Below are positions 35,480-44,369 of a stretch of DNA of 64,000 nt, in pieces. The DNA comes from a virus. Under the pieces are notes generated by a model. It saw only the letters and a program-made list of their open reading frames with translations, was not told the DNA's origin and did not search any database. A program made the translations under genes and the position numbers. Position 1 is the first letter of the stretch. Every line of letters starts with the position of its first letter. The stretch spans positions 1-64,000 of IMG/VR virus record IMGVR_UViG_3300036886_000363; one strand, given 5' to 3'.

Positions 35480-36889
35480 TTATTCGATATTTGGAGTTCC
35501 ATAATTTAGCCACCCCTCCTCAGCATAGACAATCAGCCGGGCAACAGTATGCCGGGCGACGTATTCATAAGGATCCAAAAAGTCAGTGATCTTGATTACC
35601 TTCTTGTCAGCTGTCGCCCGGGATCCTCTGCCGATCTTTTGAAGAGTTGTTCTTTCTTTTAATCCCCCTGCCGCATTGATGACATGATTGAGTGAAGGGA
35701 TATTGATGCCCTCCTTCCAAACGACGTTGGAAATCACTGCCTTGATCTCTTTTGATTCAAGCATATCTTGCAGCTCTTGCCGGGACTGCTTATCTGTTTT
35801 GCCATAGACAAAAGGGATATCCAGATCGAAGAGATCCATCGCCATTTCTTTTAAGATATGTCCGTGATCTGTATCGGCAGATGTTAAGATCAAAACAGAT
35901 TCACCTGCTAAGATAGACTTATGAGCCTCTGTTAAGATCATACGATTGCGGGCGCGGTTTTCCATGATCCCTTTTTGATAGATGTCTTTGAATCTCTGAA
36001 GTTCTCCGATAGTCGGAGAATAGGGAACAGCCAGTAAGTTTATTAGTGGTCGTGCCAAAATTCCTGCCTCCATTCCTTCTTGATAGGAGAAGTCTCCTAT
36101 GATCGGGCCTAAGTATCCTTCAAGAGTTAATAGTTCTTTCCTTTCTTTGATTTTGTGAGAAGGAGGGGTTGCTGTCAATCCGATTCTGATAGGGGCCAAA
36201 GTGTCTTCGAGGACTTTTGCAAACATTCCATTTTTATCTGAAAGATGGTGACATTCATCAAGTATGATGATATCTGCCCAGTCACAATGTTTTCTCAAAT
36301 CTAAGTTTTTGTAAGTCTGGATTGTTGATATGAGGATTGTTGGTTCCTCAGGCCAATCAAAATAATTCTCTCCTCCTCCCAGTACCCAAACATTATTGAA
36401 CTTGAATTGTTGCCTGAATACACGTTCTGCCTGACTTAGCAGATCGAGAGTGTGGCAGAGAAAGGAGATATGCCGACTGGGCCAGATAGAGCATATCCCT
36501 CCGGCGAGGATAGTCTTGCCCGTTCCTGTCGCACTTTTAATGACTCCTCTTTGGTTATCTATAATCGATTCAAGTATACTGATTTGATCTTCTCTGAATG
36601 TGATCCCGGGAAGCCGGGGAAGTTGTTCTGGCAGGAGTTCTTCGGGGAGATAGGGAATTGTCAAGGAGATGCCATTTTCATGACAATGTTTTTGAATACG
36701 AGGGAGGAGGCCTGAGAGAAATTTGCCTCCTCCCCTATGGATCATGCTTGCTTCATATTTGTTTTTTGTTTTCCCGTAAACCCCTCTCCTCCAATGTTCA
36801 TGGGGATAAGACAAGCAGGGAATAACCAGCTCTAAGTCTTCGAGGGGTTTTAATCGGGAATAAGTTTGATCGATGACTTCAACTTCCAT
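35480..36889 (-). CDS. UvsW-like superfamily 2 DNA helicase
   Basis: ATGTGKT, LDECH, GLTAT, EGINIP, QKIGRGSR. Confidence 0.88.
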   Translation of the reverse strand: MEVEVIDQTYSRLKPLEDLELVIPCLSYPHEHWRRGVYGKTKNKYEASMIHRGGGKFLSGLLPRIQKHCHENGISLTIPYLPEELLPEQLPRLPGITFREDQISILESIIDNQRGVIKSATGTGKTILAGGICSIWPSRHISFLCHTLDLLSQAERVFRQQFKFNNVWVLGGGENYFDWPEEPTILISTIQTYKNLDLRKHCDWADIIILDECHHLSDKNGMFAKVLEDTLAPIRIGLTATPPSHKIKERKELLTLEGYLGPIIGDFSYQEGMEAGILARPLINLLAVPYSPTIGELQRFKDIYQKGIMENRARNRMILTEAHKSILAGESVLILTSADTDHGHILKEMAMDLFDLDIPFVYGKTDKQSRQELQDMLESKEIKAVISNVVWKEGINIPSLNHVINAAGGLKERTTLQKIGRGSRATADKKVIKITDFLDPYEYVARHTVARLIVYAEEGWLNYGTPNIE

Positions 36890-37322
36890 TATTGAGAGCC
36901 TCAATCTTTGCTGCAAAGTTGAATATCTCGTTGAACATTTGCTTGACAGGGCGAGCCTCGCCCCACTGCTTTTTTATAAGTTTCATGAGTCTTTTTATGT
37001 TGACCTGATCCAGCTGATCCCTGACACAGATTCTTATCATTTCAGCCGGGCAGTCAGCAATGATTGCGATTGCCTGTTTGGCTTCCTCTGATAAAGAAGC
37101 GAACAGTTTTTTCTTCTTCTCTGCGATCTCTTTCATCATATAGAGAGATTCCGGAGTATGAGCATTGGTGGAATCTGCGATCTCTTTTTCTATCTGAGAG
37201 ATCATATTTCTTTCCAGAGTTGCAAGATGATCGAGATGAATATAATTGTTAAGATTGAGAACAGCCAGCGCCGCATCAAGAGCAAAAGAAGATTGAGGAT
37301 CTTTTTGCTTTTTCTTTTTCAT
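36879..37322 (-). CDS. hypothetical protein, possibly a sigma-region-4-like regulator
   Basis: LFASLSEEAKQAIAII helical C-terminus; weak resemblance only. Confidence 0.35.
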   Translation of the reverse strand: MKKKKQKDPQSSFALDAALAVLNLNNYIHLDHLATLERNMISQIEKEIADSTNAHTPESLYMMKEIAEKKKKLFASLSEEAKQAIAIIADCPAEMIRICVRDQLDQVNIKRLMKLIKKQWGEARPVKQMFNEIFNFAAKIEALNNGS

Positions 37323-37693
37323 GATTTCTCCTCCTCCTCAGTGATATTATATATCAGATTTTCGCTGTGGATAGATTTATTTTTCTTCTTGCCGCAGAGT
37401 GCATGTTGCCTTCTGAATTGATCGAGATATTCTTTTTCCAGATAAGACGGATGGATATCCTCGAAACACCATCTCTTTGCCCCGCACCAACATTCTGCGA
37501 GGAGCCTAAATTCAACTTCCTCTTCGACAATTGTTTCTACCCTTCCTCCCGGAATGACTCTTTTGACAATCCAGTTTTCAATCACATGATCCCAAACGAT
37601 AAAGCGATCATCGTCAGGTAGAGTAATAATTAGAGGGCCTTTGTAATCTTTGCCGAAGTCTTCATGATCTTCAAAGTGTCTATGTCTTGCCAT
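37319..37693 (-). CDS. hypothetical phage protein
   Basis: ORF track; likely start MARHRH. Confidence 0.45.
   Translation of the reverse strand: MARHRHFEDHEDFGKDYKGPLIITLPDDDRFIVWDHVIENWIVKRVIPGGRVETIVEEEVEFRLLAECWCGAKRWCFEDIHPSYLEKEYLDQFRRQHALCGKKKNKSIHSENLIYNITEEEEKS
37346..37369 (-). promoter_or_regulatory. promoter CACAG-N13-TATAAT
   Basis: CACAGCGAAAATCTGATATATAAT before a GGAGG RBS. Confidence 0.65.
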
Positions 37694-37956
37694 TAGCGCC
37701 TCCTTAGACAATCAATGGCAGCTTGTATTCTGCCAGCAGCCCTTAGTGAGTTAAGTTTTTCTTTTAGTTTGATGAATCCCTTTTTGTCTTCGGAGGCGGC
37801 GAGGAAATAAGTTCCATCTTCTTCTTTGATATAATCAAAGAGATGATAGTCGTAGATTCTTTGCCCTGCAATTGTGTCGTGGATCTGATATCTTTCCGGG
37901 ATTGGATTTCGAACTTCTGCAACGGGGATTTCATTGAGTCCTGTTGTTTTTGTCAT
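37693..37956 (-). CDS. hypothetical phage protein
   Basis: ORF track, AAGGAGG RBS. Confidence 0.5.
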   Translation of the reverse strand: MTKTTGLNEIPVAEVRNPIPERYQIHDTIAGQRIYDYHLFDYIKEEDGTYFLAASEDKKGFIKLKEKLNSLRAAGRIQAAIDCLRRR

Positions 37957-37968
37957 GGTCTGGCCTCC

Positions 37969-38160
37969 TTATCGTGGTGGTAAGTAATGAGTTTCGATAC
38001 CGCACTTTTCCCGCCTGATAATTCTCCGGGCTTCCTTTTCAAGAACTTCAGAAGCGTAGGTGGCAGGCAATATATTATTTCGCTTTGCCTCTCTTTGCAA
38101 GGCTTTTTTTGCATCCACAGAGATATATGATCCCTGCACAACTCGTTTAATCCTTGGCAT
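37969..38160 (-). CDS. ribbon-helix-helix-like DNA-binding protein
   Basis: Basic strand, then ISVDAKKALQREAKRNNILPATYASEVL two-helix pattern. Confidence 0.45.
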   Translation of the reverse strand: MPRIKRVVQGSYISVDAKKALQREAKRNNILPATYASEVLEKEARRIIRREKCGIETHYLPPR

Positions 38161-38449
38161 TATCTATTCCCTCCTGATCGTAGAATTTTTCCCACTTCTT
38201 TGACTCTCCTTTTTTGCAAGTTTTGTAATGGACGATGAGATCGGGATCATCGTCGGCAAGGGCTCCACAATTGATGCATTCATAGACATCCAGATTATCT
38301 GTGTGATGAATGACTTCAAGCTCATTGCATTTTTCTTTATCAATCAAAGTTTTTGTTTCTTGTTTGTGATCTTCCCATGTTCTTCTAAATTGCCAACCCA
38401 ACCAAAAGGATATTCCGATAAGCAAAATCACTCCTATTGCCAATTCCAT
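38147..38449 (-). CDS. N-terminally anchored membrane protein with zinc-ribbon-like motif
   Basis: TM segment, YECINCGA...HYKTC. Confidence 0.5.
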   Translation of the reverse strand: MELAIGVILLIGISFWLGWQFRRTWEDHKQETKTLIDKEKCNELEVIHHTDNLDVYECINCGALADDDPDLIVHYKTCKKGESKKWEKFYDQEGIDNAKD

Positions 38450-38784
38450 AATTTACCTCCTTATCCTTTTCCTTTATTAATTTTGAGCTTCATTTGATAG
38501 ATGTCTTGTTTGCGGATTACTTTTCCTCCAGTTGCTTTAATCATAGCAAGATGCAAATGCCATGGGGCTTTGATCCATTCAGTTTTCATCTCTGCCTCCC
38601 TCAGGTTATTTCCCAGCAGATTAAATCCTCATCGACGCGGACAAGTCTCAACTCTTCACCGTTTTTCTTTGGCTTGTTTTCTCTTGCCTCTTTTAGAGTC
38701 TCGTAGTTTTGCCCTTTTGAAACCAGTTCTCGCCTTTAAGGACTTCCCAGTGATAGCTTGTTTTGGTTAATTGGTAGATTCGTT

Positions 38785-39213
38785 TCATGATTCCAAAGTC
38801 TCCTTTACAAAGTTTTTGAGATTGCGATTCATCTTCATCATTAACTCGATGACCTTCTCTACTCCGGCAGTGCATTTGAATTCCCACTGGATTGGATTGC
38901 CGAGAAAGTCTGTCTCTTCATTCATCATCTCTTTGGCCAATCCTCCCGGGCTGATTGTGTAAGTATACCAGTTGGCTGGATCGATGAATCTTGCCTGACC
39001 GATAGGAGTTATTTTTTGCAAGAAACTTGACCATCTCGCAATTGTTGGTTTCTTGTTGTTGATATAGGCGACAACTCCCGGGTAATCATCACAATGATAG
39101 CAATGATCGTATCGGAGCATATCGCCTATTGGTAGGGTTGCCGGATTGAGTTGATCTTCGACTTCATACATCTCGATCTTTTTCACTATGATTTTTGTTG
39201 ACTTCTTTTTCAT
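38785..39213 (-). CDS. hypothetical early protein
   Basis: ORF track, operon context. Confidence 0.5.
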   Translation of the reverse strand: MKKKSTKIIVKKIEMYEVEDQLNPATLPIGDMLRYDHCYHCDDYPGVVAYINNKKPTIARWSSFLQKITPIGQARFIDPANWYTYTISPGGLAKEMMNEETDFLGNPIQWEFKCTAGVEKVIELMMKMNRNLKNFVKETLES

Positions 39214-39434
39214 GATTTCTCTTCCTCCTTTATTTTATGTTTGTTGAGAAGGGCAAGAGCTGTGCCATGCAGTCCTCTTCCCTTCTTGTAATACATCTCA
39301 AACCTGCGGGAAATATATTCCGATTTGAGATGATAGGTATATCTCTTAATATTGTCTGGCTCTTTAACGACAAATAGAGAGATATCAATCACGCCATCTG
39401 GATGTTTTACTGTTGCTTCATGAATCAAATGCAT
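39210..39434 (-). CDS. hypothetical early protein
   Basis: ORF track, GGAGG RBS. Confidence 0.5.
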   Translation of the reverse strand: MHLIHEATVKHPDGVIDISLFVVKEPDNIKRYTYHLKSEYISRRFEMYYKKGRGLHGTALALLNKHKIKEEEKS

Positions 39435-39450
39435 TTGTCTTGCCCTCCTT

Positions 39451-39657
39451 TCAGGCTGACCCTTCTGTTCTCAGTGCTTCGGCAAGATCGCCCAGTTCGT
39501 TATATGCCTTGTCAAAAGCGCTTTCTACAAAGGGAATCTTTTCTTCTTTAAAAATAGGCTCCATTATTTTTCGGATTTCGTTTTTTGGGATGTAAAGTGT
39601 TTTCTTTTGATTGGCGATGTCAAGGACAAAATCTGTGTAGTCAATTAATGTTGGCAT
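39451..39657 (-). CDS. hypothetical early protein
   Basis: ORF track, AAGGAG RBS. Confidence 0.5.
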   Translation of the reverse strand: MPTLIDYTDFVLDIANQKKTLYIPKNEIRKIMEPIFKEEKIPFVESAFDKAYNELGDLAEALRTEGSA

Positions 39658-39678
39658 GATTGTCTCCTTTCTCTAAGT

Positions 39679-40080
39679 TTAAAAATCGAGGGCTCTTTTT
39701 AGATGCCCTTCCTGTGGTTTCGGTTTGTCTGGTTTCTTTTGAGGTATAAAGGGAGGATATTCACCCGGTCTTAAATCCCTTCGTTTGTTTGCCATGTCTT
39801 GTAAAGTTCGGGAAGTTTTTCGGAGAGGCTTCCCATCCGATAATTTTCTTGCATCATATCGTCTGCGATCTGTATCCAGAGACTCTTTAATAGTTTTATT
39901 TCCCAGTGAAGACAATCTTCTCTCTGCAGCTCTTGCCAATGCAGGGTATCCAAATACTTCAGCTGCTTTTATGAAGCTTCTGAGCTTATCTGTCTTTGTG
40001 ATTTTGTTGAGACGGGTAAGAAGCTGTCCGGTAGTCATTTCTTGAAATCTTTTCCTTTCGTGATCCATCAGGTCTTTCAT
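39679..40080 (-). CDS. hypothetical early protein ending in KRALDF
   Basis: ORF track; strong RBS downstream of hammerhead. Confidence 0.55.
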   Translation of the reverse strand: MKDLMDHERKRFQEMTTGQLLTRLNKITKTDKLRSFIKAAEVFGYPALARAAERRLSSLGNKTIKESLDTDRRRYDARKLSDGKPLRKTSRTLQDMANKRRDLRPGEYPPFIPQKKPDKPKPQEGHLKRALDF

Positions 40081-40112
40081 ATCTCCTCCTTTCTCTTCTC
40101 TAAGTTTTGTTT

Positions 40113-40170
40113 GATCTCATCAGTGCTGTCATTAACAGCAGACCCGGGCATTCTATCCCGGGTTTCGATC
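40113..40170 (-). ncRNA. hammerhead ribozyme (type II), copy 1
   Basis: GAUC-GAAA-CCCGGG(auagaaug)CCCGGG-UC / UGCUGU(uaaug)ACAGCA-CUGAUGA-GAUC; complete catalytic core; predicted cut 40141/40140. Confidence 0.88.
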
Positions 40171-40176
40171 TTTGAG

Positions 40177-41061
40177 TTAGAATTGGATATCTCTCTTGAG
40201 TGGTGTATCAATGTAAGTATTGATCTGCTCAAGGAGCTTCTCCGCTACTTTGGCGACCTTCGTCTTCGTCTTGTCATTTTGCAGGTCTGTATCAGAGATG
40301 CTTGCCACCTTCAAATTTACCTCGCCCAGAGTTTCCGTGAGGGCTTTGTCTCCGGAGATATTGAGAACCGGGAGCAACGAGATCAAATCGCGCAGGCCTG
40401 ACATGACAGCCTTATCTTCTTGAAATCTCATTCTATCGGCGCTCAGGCGATCAACGATTGTCTTCACCGCCTCTGCCAATCTCTTCCAAAGATCCTTGGA
40501 GATATTGCCGTAACGATCAGAGATCGAGCCGACTAAGTTTTTCCTGACCTCTGCGAGAAGTTTTTTGTTTGCTTCGATTACAAAATGCCCGCTATTAGGA
40601 ACCGGGAAGTAATCAATCTGGATCGACCACTTTGCCGCGAATTCGTCGAAGCTCAGATAATCATTTTCATCCCAGAGATCGCCCAGCGATGCCTTCGCCT
40701 TTACAAAGACCGCCTCTTGATACTTCGGTTTAAAGTCTATCAATTTGTCTTTCAATTCCTGAGAAAGCTCTTCATGGGTTTTGTTAAGTTTCTCCATGTT
40801 GGCGACGGGCAGCATCCGGACTCCTTTTGTCCATGGAACGGTCAGGGAATAAAACATCTTGAGCATTTTTCTTTGAGTATAATGGAGAGGTCCGGCATCT
40901 GTCAAGAGCTTCTTGATTACCCGGGCGCTGGTCTCATCGGCATGCTTTCTCGTTGTAAGTTCATCGGAAGCTTCTTTGTCATGTTTATTGACACCAAACT
41001 CTGTCATGGTAAGGTCAGCCAGTACCGCCACTTTTCCTAAATCTTGAATTTCTTCTTTCAT
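40177..41061 (-). CDS. DUF3150-like early protein ending in KRDIQF
   Basis: Helical 294-aa protein with KHDKEAS...KKLL...VPW..GVRMLP...DYLS pattern; follows the AAA/DUF1257/DUF2997 genes. Confidence 0.55.
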   Translation of the reverse strand: MKEEIQDLGKVAVLADLTMTEFGVNKHDKEASDELTTRKHADETSARVIKKLLTDAGPLHYTQRKMLKMFYSLTVPWTKGVRMLPVANMEKLNKTHEELSQELKDKLIDFKPKYQEAVFVKAKASLGDLWDENDYLSFDEFAAKWSIQIDYFPVPNSGHFVIEANKKLLAEVRKNLVGSISDRYGNISKDLWKRLAEAVKTIVDRLSADRMRFQEDKAVMSGLRDLISLLPVLNISGDKALTETLGEVNLKVASISDTDLQNDKTKTKVAKVAEKLLEQINTYIDTPLKRDIQF

Positions 41062-41098
41062 GATTGTTCTCCTTTTTATATGAGTTGTAAGTTATTGG

Positions 41099-41299
41099 TT
41101 AGTGAGAATGTGCATGATCGTGATCGTGAGCCCCGTGATCGGCATCTGGATCCTCTTCAATAGTGACCTTGCCGCCCATAAGTTTATCCATCTTTGTGAG
41201 AAGCTCGTCAGCCGACATATGATTGCCGCTGCTGATCTCAGATGTCGTGACAACGATCGTTCCGTCTTCCAATATTTTGAATGTGATGCTATCTGCCAT
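41099..41299 (-). CDS. DUF2997-like small protein with His-rich tail
   Basis: MADSITFKILEDGTIVVTT...MGGKVT; tail DHGAHDHDHAHSH. Confidence 0.6.
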   Translation of the reverse strand: MADSITFKILEDGTIVVTTSEISSGNHMSADELLTKMDKLMGGKVTIEEDPDADHGAHDHDHAHSH

Positions 41300-41310
41300 G
41301 ATTGACCTCC

Positions 41311-41643
41311 TTAAAATCTTTGGAGCTGGAAAGTATTTTCGTCCAGCTGATTTTTGAACCACTGATCCTCTTCGCTGATCTCATCAATGACACACTCGCT
41401 ATATGTCCTCTTGAGCGAGTTGGAGAAGTCTGCAAGTTCTCTGTCATTCATGCTTGTGCTTTGCAGCATCCCGTTTCGGAGATCGATGACAAAAGAGTTG
41501 TATCCACCGCTATTTGCGACGATTGTATATCCATCGCTTCTCATATAATGTCCGAGTCCTTGTTTCTCCAAAGCCTTTTTCAGGATATCAATATTCTCAA
41601 CTCTGAATTGAACTGTTGCTGTTCTTATCTCGTAGCAAGGCAT
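41311..41643 (-). CDS. DUF1257/Ycf35-like protein
   Basis: TVQFRVENIDILKKALEKQG...LKRTYS...; synteny with the AAA ATPase and DUF2997. Confidence 0.6.
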   Translation of the reverse strand: MPCYEIRTATVQFRVENIDILKKALEKQGLGHYMRSDGYTIVANSGGYNSFVIDLRNGMLQSTSMNDRELADFSNSLKRTYSECVIDEISEEDQWFKNQLDENTFQLQRF

Positions 41644-41667
41644 ATTCTGTTCCTCCTCTAAGTTTTG

Positions 41668-41695
41668 TGAAGGGGCAGGGATGACCTGCCCTTGT
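41668..41695 (-). terminator. GC-rich hairpin after the AAA ATPase (weak terminator or processing stem)
   Basis: GGGCAGG-tcatc-CCTGCCC-CTTTC. Confidence 0.4.
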
Positions 41696-41699
41696 TTGA

Positions 41700-43256
41700 T
41701 TACATATCAAGTTTGCGACCGGAAGATTTCTTTTCGGCGACGACCATTGCCTTTGATGCCGGGACTGTCCTGCCTTCCTTCCATTGAAGCAACCAATCGA
41801 TATCTTCCTTCATAGTTTTGCTTATGGGAAGAATGAGCTGATCGGCGTCGTTGGCATCTTTGCCTTTTGAAATCTTCTTAGCTGCGAGCTTGCACCAAGT
41901 CTCAAGTTCTGCTCCCGACCACCCTTCTGTATCTACTTTCGGGCATGCCTTTGCAGGCAGACCGTAGACTTTTTTGTGATGATTGAGAATCGCTTCTCTC
42001 TCTGCGATGTTCGGCAGATTGACAAAGATCGGAGCTGTATCCCACCTGCCTGCCCGTAAGTATTCAGCGGGCAGAGAGGAGATATCGTTGCAGGTCGCGA
42101 AGACAATTATTCCCGGGATCCGATTGCTCAGAAATTTAAGGAGCAGTGAATTGCTTCTGTCTGTCGATCCGCTATCTCCACCACCTTGTCTTCCCATCTT
42201 TGATGTTCCGGCTAATCCTTTTTCCAGTTCATCGATGAAGACATAAATCGGATTTAATGGATTTGCATTGGCTGTGATGACTGCGATTGATTTCGCATAG
42301 GCATTCTCTTTCTGCCCGACGAGACCTTCACCTTGCATCTGCGCCAATTCCCACTCGATGCACATTGTATCGTAATGCGCGGCGAGCAGCTGAACGAATC
42401 TTGATTTGCCAGTCCCTGGAGGGCCGACAAAGATCATGCCCTTTGCATTTGGATCATCTCTCCACTCATCGGCTAATTCTTTGGCAATCTCGAAGCCAAT
42501 CAGATCAGTGAGCTTGCCTGTATACTTACCAATCTTTAATCCGGGTGTTGAGTTGATCTCTTCAGCCCTCAATTCCTCGACTGTCTTTGGATCAAAGTAT
42601 CCAGCATTCTTGACGAGGCTGTAAGAGAAAACTTTGATGATCTCTGCGCTGCTCAGACCTTTCGCGCCGGCAATGATCCTCTGCTTATCTTTGGTATCTG
42701 GCTCTTTGAACTGTGGATTTCCCTTTGCCGAGTAAACAATAAACTGATAAAGGGTCTCGATCTCTTTTTCATCGGGCAGGTCGTAGCTGACCTTTGCAAA
42801 TTCCCTCTTGAGAATAGACGGGATCGCTTTATCGAAGCTTTCCTCTCCGACGATGATAAGTATCTTGCGATACTCGGGAGATGAAAACTTCGTCGATCTG
42901 TTTAGCAGCCATGCAACGGTCTCTTTATTTGACTTGCCGTATTGATCGACGACAAACCAGTTATAGTTTTTTGCGATCACGATTTGCCCGGCTTCGATCT
43001 GGTCTCTCTCCTCTCTGATATTTTCGAGGAGGTTAATCATCTCTTTTGGATTGTTGTACTTGCTCTGCCCATTGTCTCCTGTCGACTCATAATCCCAAAC
43101 GGCAACCCGATATTTCGTGCCGTTGGTGTTTGCCTTGAAATATTCTTCGAGGCTGTCTTTGACATCTTGGACTGTCTTGTTTGGTTCTTGAGTCTCAATG
43201 TAAAAATAAGCATATCCGCTCTTGATACCGAATATCAATTCTGATGTTCCTTTCAT
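41700..43256 (-). CDS. Ycf46-like AAA+ ATPase
   Basis: Degenerate N-terminal AAA; GPPGTGKS, FIDELEK, ATCNDISSLPAEYLRAGRWD, EGWSGAELE. Confidence 0.85.
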   Translation of the reverse strand: MKGTSELIFGIKSGYAYFYIETQEPNKTVQDVKDSLEEYFKANTNGTKYRVAVWDYESTGDNGQSKYNNPKEMINLLENIREERDQIEAGQIVIAKNYNWFVVDQYGKSNKETVAWLLNRSTKFSSPEYRKILIIVGEESFDKAIPSILKREFAKVSYDLPDEKEIETLYQFIVYSAKGNPQFKEPDTKDKQRIIAGAKGLSSAEIIKVFSYSLVKNAGYFDPKTVEELRAEEINSTPGLKIGKYTGKLTDLIGFEIAKELADEWRDDPNAKGMIFVGPPGTGKSRFVQLLAAHYDTMCIEWELAQMQGEGLVGQKENAYAKSIAVITANANPLNPIYVFIDELEKGLAGTSKMGRQGGGDSGSTDRSNSLLLKFLSNRIPGIIVFATCNDISSLPAEYLRAGRWDTAPIFVNLPNIAEREAILNHHKKVYGLPAKACPKVDTEGWSGAELETWCKLAAKKISKGKDANDADQLILPISKTMKEDIDWLLQWKEGRTVPASKAMVVAEKKSSGRKLDM

Positions 43257-43298
43257 GGCTTTTCTCCCTTTAAGTTTTGTCTGAGTTATTTGTTCATT

Positions 43299-43649
43299 TT
43301 ATAGTTTTTCATGTATCTTCTGGATCTCTCTCCATGAGAGACTATTGAAACATTCTTCGCTGCAAAAATCTCCCTTATTTGTTTTTTTGTAGGCTTCATT
43401 GTGGAATAAGAATTGACCGCATACAACACAGGAATTTTCATAATCTTCTTTTTTATTGATTTCTTTGTCCATCAGATTTTTCAGCTCGGTGTAAATCAGG
43501 CTCTTGCATGTCTGGTGGCTAAGCTTATCCAGATCATAATTGTAATCCATCAAAAGTTCTGTGATGTCATCTGTCCATGAATCTTCGAGTTTGTCGAAGA
43601 GATATGCCGCTAATTGATCGATCGTCTTTTTTGTAAGTTTTGTCTTCAT
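43299..43649 (-). CDS. hypothetical early protein with C-terminal TRASH-like zinc finger
   Basis: CVVCG...FCSEEC. Confidence 0.5.
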   Translation of the reverse strand: MKTKLTKKTIDQLAAYLFDKLEDSWTDDITELLMDYNYDLDKLSHQTCKSLIYTELKNLMDKEINKKEDYENSCVVCGQFLFHNEAYKKTNKGDFCSEECFNSLSWREIQKIHEKL

Positions 43650-43756
43650 GATTATCTTCCTCCCTCTCTTAAACAAGCGTGCATGAAAATGATTATCCAA
43701 ATAACTAAACCGCCCATCATTGCCGCAAATCCTGTCATGATATTTTCCTCCCTAAG

Positions 43757-43981
43757 TTATGCTCCGATTGTTAAGTAATAACCGGCGGCTGTTACTCTGA
43801 TTTTGCCGTTTGGCTTGTTGATAAATAATGGACATGATCCGGTAAAATGGATGATTGCCTCTGCAATCAGGTCCAGATTCTCTTTTGAAGAAATTGTTGA
43901 GTTTATCCGGTTTTTCCAGTTCTTTTTATTGCTGACTTTGTTAAACGCTTCTTTCAATTGTTCCTGAGAATATTTTTTCAT
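43757..43981 (-). CDS. hypothetical early protein (first gene after the early promoter)
   Basis: MKKYSQEQLKEAFNKV...AAGYY; GGAGG RBS. Confidence 0.55.
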   Translation of the reverse strand: MKKYSQEQLKEAFNKVSNKKNWKNRINSTISSKENLDLIAEAIIHFTGSCPLFINKPNGKIRVTAAGYYLTIGA

Positions 43982-44006
43982 GATCTTTTCCTCCAAAATT
44001 TATTTT

Positions 44007-44060
44007 GATCTCATCAGTGCTGTCATTAACAGCAGACCCGGATTTAACCGGGTTTCGATC
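44007..44060 (-). ncRNA. hammerhead ribozyme (type II), copy 2
   Basis: GAUC-GAAA-CCCGG(uuaaau)CCGGG-UC / UGCUGU(uaaug)ACAGCA-CUGAUGA-GAUC; predicted cut 44035/44034. Confidence 0.88.
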
Positions 44061-44207
44061 TAATAACCTCATGGGAGATTTCCAGTCATCCCTCAGATCA
44101 AGACTTGATGTTGCCCTGCCAACCTTCTGGCAGGATCGGCGTTGGATCGCCTCTCTCTGATTATGTGCATGTTGTTTTTTTCTTGATCCCTCTGTCTTGT
44201 TGACCTA

Positions 44208-44236
44208 AATATATGATATTGAGATGTTCATGTCAA
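44208..44236 (-). promoter_or_regulatory. strong sigma70 early promoter TTGACA-17-TATATT
   Basis: Perfect -35 box and 17-bp spacer at the head of the minus-strand arm. Confidence 0.8.
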
Positions 44237-44369
44237 CATAATTCTGCATCCCAAACGAAAAAAGATTGTATATAATATCACATAGTTAGCTCAATATATT
44301 TTAAAAATCCTTTAAAAAACAGCTGTTTCCGGCGAAAACAGAGGAAAAATCAGGTTTCTGCCATACCAA

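Noticed and set aside
193-43244. Many plus-strand ORFs in the ORF track (e.g. 9532-10296, 13511-14155, 14196-14732)
   Set aside because: Antisense shadows of well-supported minus-strand genes; no RBS or motifs.
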